The notes beneath the pieces are model-generated. The model saw only the letters and a program-made list of their open reading frames with translations, made no database searches and was not told where the DNA came from. Shown here piece after piece: positions 19,749 through 30,386 of a stretch of 64,000 nucleotides of DNA (position 1 is its first letter; each line of letters begins with the position of its first letter). The DNA is from an uncultured virus (IMG/VR IMGVR_UViG_3300032087_004917) (Duplodnaviria > Heunggongvirae > Uroviricota > Caudoviricetes): the IMG/VR virus record IMGVR_UViG_3300032087_004917; one strand, written 5' to 3'. Both the position numbers and the translations under genes were made by a program.

Positions 19749-22700
19749 TCATGCAATTCGAGTAACTCTGTAGAATGAACCAGATCCAGCAAAGCAACTT
19801 GAGGTTCCAGTACCCAACCATCTAAAGTAAATTTTTTCTTGAGGATTGAGCGTGACAACTTCGGAAACTTCAAAGTTATTAGCCTCAGAGTCACTCTTAG
19901 AGTTTCCATCGTGTTGGTAAACACGGGACGCTCGACCCCATACTCTATCGGAAGTTGCCTCGGCGTAATCAGTTGCCGGATCTCCCGGTGTGTGTTCCTC
20001 TGATAGTGACATTTTACGAGTACGAGTAAATCTACCACGAAGCGCACGATCATTGTTGTCCATTTGAGTCATCATTGAAGCCTCAATCATAAAAGTCAAT
20101 GGAATTGATTTATCATTGAAAACTTCCAATGCTCTATTTTGATCGGTAGTGCCTTCAAACCGAGTGAAGTTAGAGATGCCGGGATAGTGTTTAAAAATTT
20201 GTCCGACACCGACCATTCCAGTTGGTTCAACGGAGGTGGTTCCAGTGTTAATACTCGCTCTATTTTTAATATTACCATCGCCATCAGTCCCACCAGCGGT
20301 GGTAGTAAATTCACTGTCTACGTCTGCTAGTGTCGCATAGCCAAAATCATCAATTGATTGAGTCGCAATAATGTGTGACTTTGTTCCGATATCAGGAACG
20401 TCAACATCATTAATCAATCTAACTGAGTTATCTGATCCTCCAATGGCTGACAACTTAAAGATTCTCGGTCCTTGTGTTGAGATAAAACTAGAGCCTTGAA
20501 GTGTTGACTCTGCACCACCAGAAAGAATCAAGACTTTGATTCTATAATAATCAAATTGATTCGGAATCTCTCTAGCAACGCTACCATCAGTGGCGTACAC
20601 GGGCTTGATTCTGAAAACATATTGCCTTGAAACGTCTCCCTCGCCAACTTCAACTGAGGTGGGGAAATTATCATCAAGATAATTAATATCTGTTGAGCCT
20701 CTTCCAGCCGGATCATTTCCAAGATAAGTGCAGAAGAAGTAATCAGACTGCTCCATATCCGAAAGTGTTTCGCCGACTTGTGCAAGCACGACGGGTCTGG
20801 AACCTTCTGGGAATAAACCCTCCATGCTTACAATAAGATCAGACGCACTATCTTCGATGTATACGGCTTTACTATAATATCTTGCGAGGCAAGTCCCAAG
20901 ACTATCATCTGGTCTATTTTCAAAACCATTTGCAAATTTATTTTGATCATCAAATCCAAAGTTTGATGGTCTTTGGTCATTATTAAGATTAAATCTATTT
21001 GCAATCAACGCCAGTCGATCAAGGTCAACCACGTTTGCAACTTTCTGGTCAACCGATACACCGAGCCTTGCCCGCACATCAATTTTTCCGTTGATGTCAG
21101 AGATTGCACCTTGTTTTGTTGAATCCAATACACTGAATGTTTTATTAAATCCTTTATCACCGGCGAGGGGGTTAGTGGCATCATCGACTTCTGCACCACC
21201 ACCATCAGTGATTGCCCTAAAGTCGTGTAGAATTGAACCACCCGCTGGATCATTGACAAACAATCTTGGTGCGTTTGCAAAGAAGTATGATCCGGCGACC
21301 AAACTTTTTGCAGATTTGAAAGTATCACCACCATTGGTTGCCGTGCCTTGCCCATAGTCTGAGAAGGTATGTGTAAAGTTAACTTTACTATCACCACCAG
21401 CAACACTCGAAGCCGCTGGAGTAAACTGCATTCGATTCATTCTAAAACGAATAAACTCATTGAGCAAGGCTTGGTTTTCACCATTGTTCGATGCGAAGTA
21501 AAGTTCGTTAACATTAATTGGTTTCTCAACCGCTTCCGAGGTCGTTGCCGTATGAACCACATAACTAGATTCGTTTGTTTCAATCGCCAGTGCATATTTA
21601 CCGGGGGATAAAATAACAGGAGAGGAAAAAGTGAATCTTGTTGTGTCAGTGTCTTGTTGGAAAGAGTCTCTTGCAGTGGTGACCACTTGCGAAGTTTCCG
21701 AGAATGGCAAAACATAATTGTAATTTGGAACACCATCAACGACAGGGTGAATACGAACTGTCACTGGCAAAGTTGCAACATCGTTACTTGGAACTTGTTT
21801 AAAGTAAAGATCGATGCTATCCAAGAAAATACCAAGCGGATTATCTACCACATCAACGGTGAAGGTTTGAGTTACAGGGGTAAACGCATTGTATGGTGCG
21901 ATGCCAGTAATAGGGAGATTATCATAATACCTGTTGTTGTATGTGCCAAGGTTTGACGAGTCTCTTCTTGGCTTCAATGGTCGAATGCCTTTGACTCCTA
22001 ATTCTTCAGTTTGATACAAACCAGTATTTTGAATGAAGAAGTCCGCCGATGAAGTTGAATTAATGATACCGTTAAATCTATTGGTATCAGCATCAAACGC
22101 ATCTGTGATCAGATAGTATTCTTCACCAGAGAGAACCTCTGGGTGTTCAAAGTTAAATGATGCAGTGCCACCCGCTCCAGTTGTGAAGTTCGCAATTGAA
22201 CCTCTTCCGATGGGAATATTTCTTGATCCAGTATCATCAGTCTGGAATACTCTATGTTCTGTATTAGGTTTCAGTCCGTTTGCAGAAACAGTAACAGTGA
22301 AGTTTCTACCCTTGAATCGGATGCTATCATCAACAACTTTGTCCGTCGCAGAGCCAGCAGTGTTTTCTTTACGAAGTTGTCTTGCACTCAACGCTCGCTT
22401 GACTGACCGTGGCTTACGAGTTCGTCGATAATAATAATTACTCGTATCATCAATATTTGGTGGATCGATTTCCGACTCAGGAACTCCGTACCAGTTAAGT
22501 TCATGTTCTCTTACATTCACTCCGCTACCATTTTTGCGAAAAACATCACCAAAAGTCGGATGAACATAATCAACTCTATCGTCAGCAGGATCATAACTAA
22601 CCTTGCCGTTGACAGGGAAGACCGCTGGCTCAAGTGACTGATTCCAATATGCATCAGTGAACGGAGTCGCCGTTGCGAAGCCGTGGAAATCAACAACACC

Positions 22701-25700
22701 ATTTGGATTCAATGGCTCATCAGTCGGAGTGGCGTTTTCATTAGATGTATCTGTTCTAATAAAGTCAACGGTAACGCCAGCAGGCATAATAATTCCATCA
22801 CTCGTTTGAATGTGACTATCCGAGTTGCTCGCCGTAATTGCGGTGGTCGTGAAGAAAGTCGTAAAGTTAGGTCTAAGACTTTCCTCAAAAATATCAATCG
22901 AAGAGTTAAACCCTTTATTGTTTGTTGTCCAAGCAGAAGACCAATCCTCAAAGGAGTCAACAAAGGTAGAGTGATCAACCGGATTAAAAGCGGGGAAGTA
23001 TGCTTTCGCCTCAGTGTACGCCTCTTGCTCAAGAGCCTGTATTCTATCATATTTTTCATTTTCAACGATATCCTGTTCGATTTCGTTGATCTCTGTCATG
23101 GTCGTTCTTTGATTGTCGTATTTGGTTACACCGACATCCGAAGCGTAAAGACCATACGCCATGAGGTTGAGATCTGCGATTCGCATTTGATTGGCAGAAA
23201 GATTTGGATAGTCTGTGATTTTCAGAGCAGGTTCACCAATAGAAATTTTCACCGTTCTATCAGAGTCGAGGTAAACTGTTGCCGGGGTTGAATTGTAAAA
23301 CTCTGATTCGTGGAAAGACTCTGCGCCCTCAAATCCCACAGGCAAGAATCCACCAGTTTTATCTTTACCAAAGGCATATGCCCTGTTGAATTCATATTGT
23401 GGTGAATCTGCGTCATCAATAAATGACCCATTGCCATTCGTCAAAGTTGAAACATACTCATATCCACGATAATCAATATGATTCATTGCATTTGCACCAT
23501 ACTCAGCCAATTGTGACAGAATGTATGGTGCGCGTACATGATCATCAAACTCAGGATTTTTTGCCTCACTCACACTCTCATCTCTACGATAAGAGTTTGG
23601 AATCGACATTTCACCCTCACCGTTGGAGCCATCGGCGTAAGTTGGTGTTGGATAATAATTGTAAGTTACAACAAGATCACCAGAAATCTGAACTTTTTCA
23701 TTTGGTTCAAGTTGAATGAATGCTCTTTCAACACGATTGTCTCTAGATGACTCGGCTCCTCTTTGTGCGTTTCGTCCTTGCTCGGTGGCTTCCCTTTGTT
23801 TAATTTTCAAGCGAATATCACTGCCACCAATTGATACAGAGGTAACATTATACAAAAATTGTTTTGACAAGAAAATTTTGTCAGAACCATCAAGGAAACC
23901 ATCACCGTCAGAGTCACAATAATTCAATGCGTCTTGTGAGATTGTGTCAGTTTGAGTGAGTCGAGCCGTGTTTCTAAAATCAAGACCTTTTCTAACCACA
24001 GTCTGGGTAGTGTGATCGTCAATATTGTAATCACAAACCATCGGTGCAGAAAGAACAACCTTTTTACTTGCGTAGGGGGAAGTGCCATCAGTGGTTTTCA
24101 GTCCAGCAATTGTTACTCTCGTACCATCATTTGAGACATTGATTGTAAATTGTGACAGGGGAGATGGCAACTGTCTGTCATATGGATCATCAATAACGGA
24201 GCCAGCATTCTCAGTTTGAATCACAACGTAGTCGGAGTCAAAGGCAAATGCAGTTCCTCTGTTGCTGCTCGTAGAAACTTGTTTAGTGTCCGATGCAAAT
24301 CTGATCTGATTACTATCTGATGAAAAAGTCACATCACCATTTGAGTCAGTGGTTCCAACAAAAGACTTGATAGCCCTAAACTTAAGATTTTTCATAAATC
24401 TCGGTCGGGTTCTATTGGCAGGCACATTCACTCTAACTTGATCAAAGTATCGTGCGTCACCTTTTCGTAATTCAACTTTTTCAAGTGCGTTTCTATTAAG
24501 AGTCCAGATGAAAAACTCAAGTAGCGTGGTGGTATCAGTAAAGTTAGCACCACTATTCAAATCCCCCGATGGAAGATTCGAGCCACTTGGTGCAGTTTTA
24601 TAATTTTCGGCGATATATTTTGCAGATGCGAGATCTTGTTCACCCAACGCTCTTACTTGAAAAAGTTGGAAAACAATTCTTTCATTCAACCCACTATCAC
24701 TGTCTTCAACACTTTCACCAAGATTCGACAATACTTGTTGGATATAGCAAGAGCCTACCGCGTGACCCGTTGAGTCCAGAAGATAAACTCTTTTTTGTCC
24801 ACCAATAATTGCATCAAAGTTTTTAAAGTTAAAGTATTTTGTATTTCCTGCATCGGCAACTTGTCTAGTCGGTGTTCTTGTTTGAACGTCGTAGTGATTA
24901 TTAAAGGGAAAGTTTGCCCTACCAGTCGTAAATGTAGATCGTGATCTATCAACAATGAACAAGTTGTTGCCAGAGGCTTCGTACTCGTAGCCGTTCAAAT
25001 ATGCTTTGCCGGATGAAACACTAATCGCACTTTTTGAGTTGTCTTCCAATGATCCAGCGGTAAATGTGTTTGGTTGAACAGCGGATGGCAGGAGAAATGA
25101 AAGTTGGAAAGGTCTGACCGTGTAGTTTCCAGACTCATCAAAAGTCCTTCGTGCGAGAGTGTCTGCAAGACCGGCATACTCAGGGTATCGAACTTTCTTA
25201 CTCACGTTGCCGTTGATCACACGAACAAGTTCGATATAATCCTCACCGTTTTCAAGTCTTAGACCAAAGGCATCGCCAGCACCAGAAAGTGTTCGAATAG
25301 TTGGGACAAGATTAATTTTATATCGGTCAGCACCCGGAGATGTATAGTTGTAAAAACCAAACGCAGGATCGTCTAGAGTGCTATCCTCATCTGCGTTGAT
25401 TGTTTCTTTGACAATATCAAAACCAACTGAGCAAGTTGTATTCGTAAAGTCACGAATCGAGTTTGTTGTATCGGTGGCATGTGCGGCGATTCTCACCTTT
25501 TCACTAAGAACAAAATATCCATTCGTAAAGAAAATTGCCTCGTCCATCGTGACATAGTTTGAAATCGTGCCAGTCGGCTCGGGATCAGTGGGTCCAGTTG
25601 ATTCAGCCTTAACGGTCAGCGTCAAATTAGGATGATTCAAACCAAAAGTCGAAAGGCTTTCAGATGCAGAAAAAGATCCGGCGGTGATATATTGCAAAGC

Positions 25701-26093
25701 AATGACATAAAAATTATCATTAGATTCGTTTGCATCACCGACATCCTCAACACCAATGATTGTTGCATTTACAGCAGAGGACTCGTCATTAGATTTAAGT
25801 TTTGAACCAACAAGAGCAGCACGTTCTTCAAGTGTCAAACTATCGGTAACACGAATAAAGTTTACAGTGGCATCAGTAATTGAACCACCAGTTACAACCG
25901 ATCCCTCTTCAAACATATGGCGACCAAATCTTTCAATTTGGTTTTGGAGCATTGATTGAAGTTGTGTGACTTCTCTAGATTGAAGGGGTCTTCCCGGTCT
26001 AAAAAGAATTTTAAGAAATCTCTTGTCCTCATCGAAATCATCAAAGTATGGAGGACCGCCCATGATTGTTTTGTCATATGCTGACTGTGCCAT
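19749..26093 (-). CDS. Large virion structural protein (DUF4815/VrlC-like)
   Basis: PYFDDFDEDK..KILFRPG..LQSREVTQLQS.LQNQIERFG; PGADRYKI; LARRTFDESGNYTV; TQTF..GIFLDSIDLYF. Confidence 0.85.
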   Translation of the reverse strand: MAQSAYDKTIMGGPPYFDDFDEDKRFLKILFRPGRPLQSREVTQLQSMLQNQIERFGRHMFEEGSVVTGGSITDATVNFIRVTDSLTLEERAALVGSKLKSNDESSAVNATIIGVEDVGDANESNDNFYVIALQYITAGSFSASESLSTFGLNHPNLTLTVKAESTGPTDPEPTGTISNYVTMDEAIFFTNGYFVLSEKVRIAAHATDTTNSIRDFTNTTCSVGFDIVKETINADEDSTLDDPAFGFYNYTSPGADRYKINLVPTIRTLSGAGDAFGLRLENGEDYIELVRVINGNVSKKVRYPEYAGLADTLARRTFDESGNYTVRPFQLSFLLPSAVQPNTFTAGSLEDNSKSAISVSSGKAYLNGYEYEASGNNLFIVDRSRSTFTTGRANFPFNNHYDVQTRTPTRQVADAGNTKYFNFKNFDAIIGGQKRVYLLDSTGHAVGSCYIQQVLSNLGESVEDSDSGLNERIVFQLFQVRALGEQDLASAKYIAENYKTAPSGSNLPSGDLNSGANFTDTTTLLEFFIWTLNRNALEKVELRKGDARYFDQVRVNVPANRTRPRFMKNLKFRAIKSFVGTTDSNGDVTFSSDSNQIRFASDTKQVSTSSNRGTAFAFDSDYVVIQTENAGSVIDDPYDRQLPSPLSQFTINVSNDGTRVTIAGLKTTDGTSPYASKKVVLSAPMVCDYNIDDHTTQTVVRKGLDFRNTARLTQTDTISQDALNYCDSDGDGFLDGSDKIFLSKQFLYNVTSVSIGGSDIRLKIKQREATEQGRNAQRGAESSRDNRVERAFIQLEPNEKVQISGDLVVTYNYYPTPTYADGSNGEGEMSIPNSYRRDESVSEAKNPEFDDHVRAPYILSQLAEYGANAMNHIDYRGYEYVSTLTNGNGSFIDDADSPQYEFNRAYAFGKDKTGGFLPVGFEGAESFHESEFYNSTPATVYLDSDRTVKISIGEPALKITDYPNLSANQMRIADLNLMAYGLYASDVGVTKYDNQRTTMTEINEIEQDIVENEKYDRIQALEQEAYTEAKAYFPAFNPVDHSTFVDSFEDWSSAWTTNNKGFNSSIDIFEESLRPNFTTFFTTTAITASNSDSHIQTSDGIIMPAGVTVDFIRTDTSNENATPTDEPLNPNGVVDFHGFATATPFTDAYWNQSLEPAVFPVNGKVSYDPADDRVDYVHPTFGDVFRKNGSGVNVREHELNWYGVPESEIDPPNIDDTSNYYYRRTRKPRSVKRALSARQLRKENTAGSATDKVVDDSIRFKGRNFTVTVSANGLKPNTEHRVFQTDDTGSRNIPIGRGSIANFTTGAGGTASFNFEHPEVLSGEEYYLITDAFDADTNRFNGIINSTSSADFFIQNTGLYQTEELGVKGIRPLKPRRDSSNLGTYNNRYYDNLPITGIAPYNAFTPVTQTFTVDVVDNPLGIFLDSIDLYFKQVPSNDVATLPVTVRIHPVVDGVPNYNYVLPFSETSQVVTTARDSFQQDTDTTRFTFSSPVILSPGKYALAIETNESSYVVHTATTSEAVEKPINVNELYFASNNGENQALLNEFIRFRMNRMQFTPAASSVAGGDSKVNFTHTFSDYGQGTATNGGDTFKSAKSLVAGSYFFANAPRLFVNDPAGGSILHDFRAITDGGGAEVDDATNPLAGDKGFNKTFSVLDSTKQGAISDINGKIDVRARLGVSVDQKVANVVDLDRLALIANRFNLNNDQRPSNFGFDDQNKFANGFENRPDDSLGTCLARYYSKAVYIEDSASDLIVSMEGLFPEGSRPVVLAQVGETLSDMEQSDYFFCTYLGNDPAGRGSTDINYLDDNFPTSVEVGEGDVSRQYVFRIKPVYATDGSVAREIPNQFDYYRIKVLILSGGAESTLQGSSFISTQGPRIFKLSAIGGSDNSVRLINDVDVPDIGTKSHIIATQSIDDFGYATLADVDSEFTTTAGGTDGDGNIKNRASINTGTTSVEPTGMVGVGQIFKHYPGISNFTRFEGTTDQNRALEVFNDKSIPLTFMIEASMMTQMDNNDRALRGRFTRTRKMSLSEEHTPGDPATDYAEATSDRVWGRASRVYQHDGNSKSDSEANNFEVSEVVTLNPQEKIYFRWLGTGTSSCFAGSGSFYRVTRIA

Positions 26094-26102
26094 TACTGCT
26101 CC

Positions 26103-28028
26103 TTAGAAGTCAAATGTCAATTGCAAAACATCTGTTTGCTCAAACTGTCTTACAACTGGATCTATACCTTCTATGTATAGCATTGTTCCAGAGAAAGCAT
26201 CCAATTCTGGCATTGATACACTTGTAATTGTTGCGCCAGTGCTATCGGGTAGAGTAAGAACTTCGTTTACGGCAAAGCCCGCTGTTGCCGCTGATGCTGA
26301 TCTAGACAAATCAGTGACAAAAAGTGTCCCAGTCGGAGGTGAACTGCCTACGTCTTCAATATACTGAGCAACGACCCCCTCACTTCCAGATGCACCCGTG
26401 ACGGTGTTATCATTTCTAACAACAGCAGCAGCGGTGGTTTCAAGACCAAGTTTAGTAGTCATTCTAAATTCTGTTTGTGAAGGAGTGAGTGTTACATTGT
26501 CAGATAGCGTCGTTCTTGCTTTAACTCTTTTTCCGCCATCCTCAAAAGTAAATCCATTGATTGAGAAAATATTTACTGTTTCGCCGTAAGTAAAATCATC
26601 TTTAAGATTTTCAATCGTCATGGTTCCAGAGTTAGTGTCTGCCCTACTCACAGCATTGATTAGACCGAACACCTTTGAAGTTTGACCGTAAGCATAATCT
26701 CCGACACTAATGTAATTTGGAGTAATCTCATCACCTCCCGGCACTTGTTCAAACTTTAAGTCAGTTTTTGAAACGTCATTGAAAGACGCGACTTTACCAG
26801 CGTTGGTGTAAGAGGAGCCAATTTTTGGATTGAGCCAGACTGCAATATTTCTGTAATCATTTTCAATTAATCTGTCAGTTGCATCAGAGTTATCTGGAAC
26901 AATAGTAGCCAAAATTTTAACTTTTGTGGTAAACAATTCAAAAACTGGATCAAATCCAATCGGTGTGAAAAGAACAGGCGTAAGTGTTGGTGCAGATCCA
27001 CTTGAGGGTGCTGGACTAATAGATGCCGATGCCGTTGAGTATCCCTCACCCTGATCTGACACAACGACCCTTGAGATTTTCAAAGTGTCTGGGTCCATAA
27101 TTGGATATGCCGCTCCACTCACCCCATCACCAGAAATACTAATTCGCGGAAGAATTTCGTAGTGGCTGTTCACTTCTGGAATAGGATCAAACGTGTTGCC
27201 AGTGGTGAGACGAATTTGATTGAAACCACTCGCGGTGATAATATTATCTTTGATTGTTTTGATTTGTCCGGCGGCATTGCCATCAATAATTCTAATGGCG
27301 TAGTTGCTGTATGTGCTATTTGTGTTTACGGCATCACTGATCACGACACTATCGGCAGACGCACCCAAAACAACTCGATCAATATCCGCTCTCAAATAGT
27401 TGTTGTATACACCAGTGTTTGTTGCTGAAACATCAACTCTTACGATTTGTCCTTTTTGCTCATCAGTAGCAGCACCTTTTTGAACAGAATACTGATACTG
27501 TCGAACGTCACTATAAGGTTGTGATTCATTATCATAAACTTTTAGATCAAGAATCGGAATCGAGGTTTGATCCAAAAATTTAAGTTTATCACTTGGAACG
27601 GAAAACACGAATTTCCAGACATATCGATCACCCATCGTGATGTTATCGAGGTCAGTGCCGAACGGCTCTCTTAATGACTCTTTTCCGCCATTGTTGTCAA
27701 TACAAATGTAAACATTGTTTTGACTATTCATAACATAAAAATTTTGTGTTGACATGTCAATATCATCTTCAACTCGATCATACACAGTCCCACTAGTCCA
27801 ATCGACACGATTGATGACCAGAGAGATATCTTTTGGCAAAATACGAGTTGCCGTCAAAATTTTGCGTCTTTGAACTTGCTCTTGTCTTTCGGTTCTAGAG
27901 GTTAGGAATTCACCCTCTGATGACCCAACACAGGCAAACAGACAATCATCACTATCAGATTGAATTTGTCTGACAAAGTTTTGTGCAATGTTTGTTCTGA
28001 ATTGTTTGTCAAGTTTTCTTTGAGTCAT
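26103..28028 (-). CDS. g8: Baseplate wedge protein gp8
   Basis: RVDWTSGTVYD, FYVMNSQNNVYICIDN, DRYVWKFVF, SGTMLYIE. Confidence 0.88.
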   Translation of the reverse strand: MTQRKLDKQFRTNIAQNFVRQIQSDSDDCLFACVGSSEGEFLTSRTERQEQVQRRKILTATRILPKDISLVINRVDWTSGTVYDRVEDDIDMSTQNFYVMNSQNNVYICIDNNGGKESLREPFGTDLDNITMGDRYVWKFVFSVPSDKLKFLDQTSIPILDLKVYDNESQPYSDVRQYQYSVQKGAATDEQKGQIVRVDVSATNTGVYNNYLRADIDRVVLGASADSVVISDAVNTNSTYSNYAIRIIDGNAAGQIKTIKDNIITASGFNQIRLTTGNTFDPIPEVNSHYEILPRISISGDGVSGAAYPIMDPDTLKISRVVVSDQGEGYSTASASISPAPSSGSAPTLTPVLFTPIGFDPVFELFTTKVKILATIVPDNSDATDRLIENDYRNIAVWLNPKIGSSYTNAGKVASFNDVSKTDLKFEQVPGGDEITPNYISVGDYAYGQTSKVFGLINAVSRADTNSGTMTIENLKDDFTYGETVNIFSINGFTFEDGGKRVKARTTLSDNVTLTPSQTEFRMTTKLGLETTAAAVVRNDNTVTGASGSEGVVAQYIEDVGSSPPTGTLFVTDLSRSASAATAGFAVNEVLTLPDSTGATITSVSMPELDAFSGTMLYIEGIDPVVRQFEQTDVLQLTFDF

Positions 28029-28043
28029 TTTTTTCCCTTAATA

Positions 28044-30386
28044 TTAACCAGTAAGTCCGCCCGCCGAAACACCAGCCGTCCCAGAGGTAACAATCAAAGT
28101 GGCGGTCATATTATCAATAAAGTCACCAACTCTCACATCTTGAAAAGCAAAATCAGCCGTGATAGATGCAACAGTGGTATTTAGTCCTAAGAAATCAGGA
28201 TCTTGCGTGATGAATCTTTTACTGGTGAATTGCTCTTGGTAAAATCTACTGTCAGTTGTCCTTGTGAATTCAACGTAACCCTCTTGATTTGTTGTCGGGA
28301 ACCTTGAGTAACCCGTGTTTGTAAATCTACCAAAATGCATTGTGATATTTGCCGAAAAAGCACGCCCCGCTGTTGGCGGATCACCCGTGTTCCCACGATA
28401 GTATCTGGTTTCATTGGATGGATTTGATCGTGGAAGAACCGTGACAGAGTTCACAGTGCCAAAGGCAGAGACGGTTTTTGCTATTTGTGCGTTATTCTGT
28501 CCCCTGATATTATCCACTGTAATGCCGGAGGGAAATTTTGTAACATCATACTGAATCGCAAAGTCACCAGCGACGGGCGTGCCGAGAAAATCATGGGGGT
28601 TATCAATACTGTCATATTGTGCATCAAAAATAAGTTCAACCTGATCGCTACTTATGACACCACTCGCATACGCATCCGCATCACTCGCCACAATCGTGTT
28701 TGTTGCTCTTTGATTTTTCGGATGTCTAAAAATCGTAAAGAATGGTGCGGTTACCGAATCAGAGTCAGTTGCTCTAAGTTGTTGATTTGTTTGCACGACA
28801 TAGCCCGGAAGAACTGTGCCAGCAGTTACAATACCAAAGGAGAAACCGAATGACTCAGGGTTTGCCGTGCCTGCCGTCGATCCACCCAAAGGTCCGTGTG
28901 TAAATCCAGCGGTGGTTGGTGCGTGAGTGACTGCGTTTCCCTCAGCGTCAAAAGATGCGAGAGCAGCAACGGTCAGACCATTGTATCCGGTGGGATAGTA
29001 ATCTGCAAACGTCACACCAAACGTATCACCTCTCAGATCAGCAGTTTCACCGACCGTGTAAGGAAAGTAATGAGCGATAATTTGTCTAATTCTGACTCCA
29101 CCACTTGCACCTGCGAGACTGCTTACGGTGGCACTATTTAAAGTAAACTCTCTTGAAAAATTATACTGTGCAAAAAGTTTTGTTCCTGCGGGGTGAAAAA
29201 GTTTTTTCAAAAGAGTCGAATAGTCTCTAAGAGATTTTTCCGCTTTGACAACATATGAAAATTGTTGATACTTGTTATTGTCTTGAATATTCGAGTCGGC
29301 ACTCAAAAGGTTTTTTTGACTTCTGTATACATCAGGCTTTGGACTAATCGCCCGTCTTTGACCAAGTGACAACTCAACAGTATTGGGATTACCGTCATCA
29401 GCCACAATCGTGTATGTCCCAATGTCTGGGACTCTCATGTTGATATCTTCAAGTTGAATAATTCGACCCAGATTTGCAGTGGTTGGTATCAGCGCACCAG
29501 TTGTTGTATCACGCTGAAAAAGTCCACCAGTTTTAACAATTCTGACAGTTTCAATGATCCTGCCATCTGAGTCTTTAATTGACAAAGTTTCGTTGGCAGA
29601 AAAACCCTTACCAGTGCCACCTACGGGTACAATAATTTTGGTAAAAACGGGAATAATTTGTTCAACGTGAAAATTTCCCGCTGAGTCATAGATTTGAACA
29701 GGTAAATTGTAATCAAAAGAACCATCCAGATCCAAAAGGTCTGCGACGATAAAGTTTCTTCCTGCTCTATGAACAACTCGCATTTGATCAAGAAATGCTG
29801 ATGCCCTTACAGGTGAAGTCGGATCTTTTGTCACTCTTTGTTTGATGGAGTAAGACTCGCTATCAAAGGTGTTTTCAATACCTTTAAGATTACTGAGTGT
29901 GATCTCGGGTCTAGTGTCAACATCGGACTCGGACAAGACAAAAAGTTTTTCTCTTGGGAGTTCGACCTCGGCAGAAACTCCAAACAAAATTCTAAACAAA
30001 AGATCAATGGATCTTGGACTACCTTTTTCTTGATAGTAGTCTTTGATTTTTTTCAGAATAAATCTTTCACCCATTCCAGACTCAAGTTGGACGGGAAAAG
30101 AAGAAAGATATTGTTTCTTAAAATATTGAAGAAACTCAGAAAGAGTTTGATCAACGTCAATATTTTTATCAATAGTTGATGCTGCAAATCTAGCGTTGCC
30201 ATCCTGCTCAAGATACTCAAAGTACGCTTTCAAAAATGCAACAAATGTCGGGTGATCAGAAACGACATAATCTGGAAGAATAGAGGTTACAAGATTTGAA
30301 ATCCCTTCGTCCGTGGATAGGGTTGCTCCCTGTACGGCTTGATATGCATCAAGGTTTTGTAATTGAAAGGGACTAAACAGTGACAT
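28044..30386 (-). CDS. g7: Baseplate wedge initiator gp7-like
   Basis: FVAFLKAYFEYLE, YQEKGS..SI.LLFRILFG, IQDN..YQQFSYVVK, HPAGTKLF. Confidence 0.8.
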   Translation of the reverse strand: MSLFSPFQLQNLDAYQAVQGATLSTDEGISNLVTSILPDYVVSDHPTFVAFLKAYFEYLEQDGNARFAASTIDKNIDVDQTLSEFLQYFKKQYLSSFPVQLESGMGERFILKKIKDYYQEKGSPRSIDLLFRILFGVSAEVELPREKLFVLSESDVDTRPEITLSNLKGIENTFDSESYSIKQRVTKDPTSPVRASAFLDQMRVVHRAGRNFIVADLLDLDGSFDYNLPVQIYDSAGNFHVEQIIPVFTKIIVPVGGTGKGFSANETLSIKDSDGRIIETVRIVKTGGLFQRDTTTGALIPTTANLGRIIQLEDINMRVPDIGTYTIVADDGNPNTVELSLGQRRAISPKPDVYRSQKNLLSADSNIQDNNKYQQFSYVVKAEKSLRDYSTLLKKLFHPAGTKLFAQYNFSREFTLNSATVSSLAGASGGVRIRQIIAHYFPYTVGETADLRGDTFGVTFADYYPTGYNGLTVAALASFDAEGNAVTHAPTTAGFTHGPLGGSTAGTANPESFGFSFGIVTAGTVLPGYVVQTNQQLRATDSDSVTAPFFTIFRHPKNQRATNTIVASDADAYASGVISSDQVELIFDAQYDSIDNPHDFLGTPVAGDFAIQYDVTKFPSGITVDNIRGQNNAQIAKTVSAFGTVNSVTVLPRSNPSNETRYYRGNTGDPPTAGRAFSANITMHFGRFTNTGYSRFPTTNQEGYVEFTRTTDSRFYQEQFTSKRFITQDPDFLGLNTTVASITADFAFQDVRVGDFIDNMTATLIVTSGTAGVSAGGLTG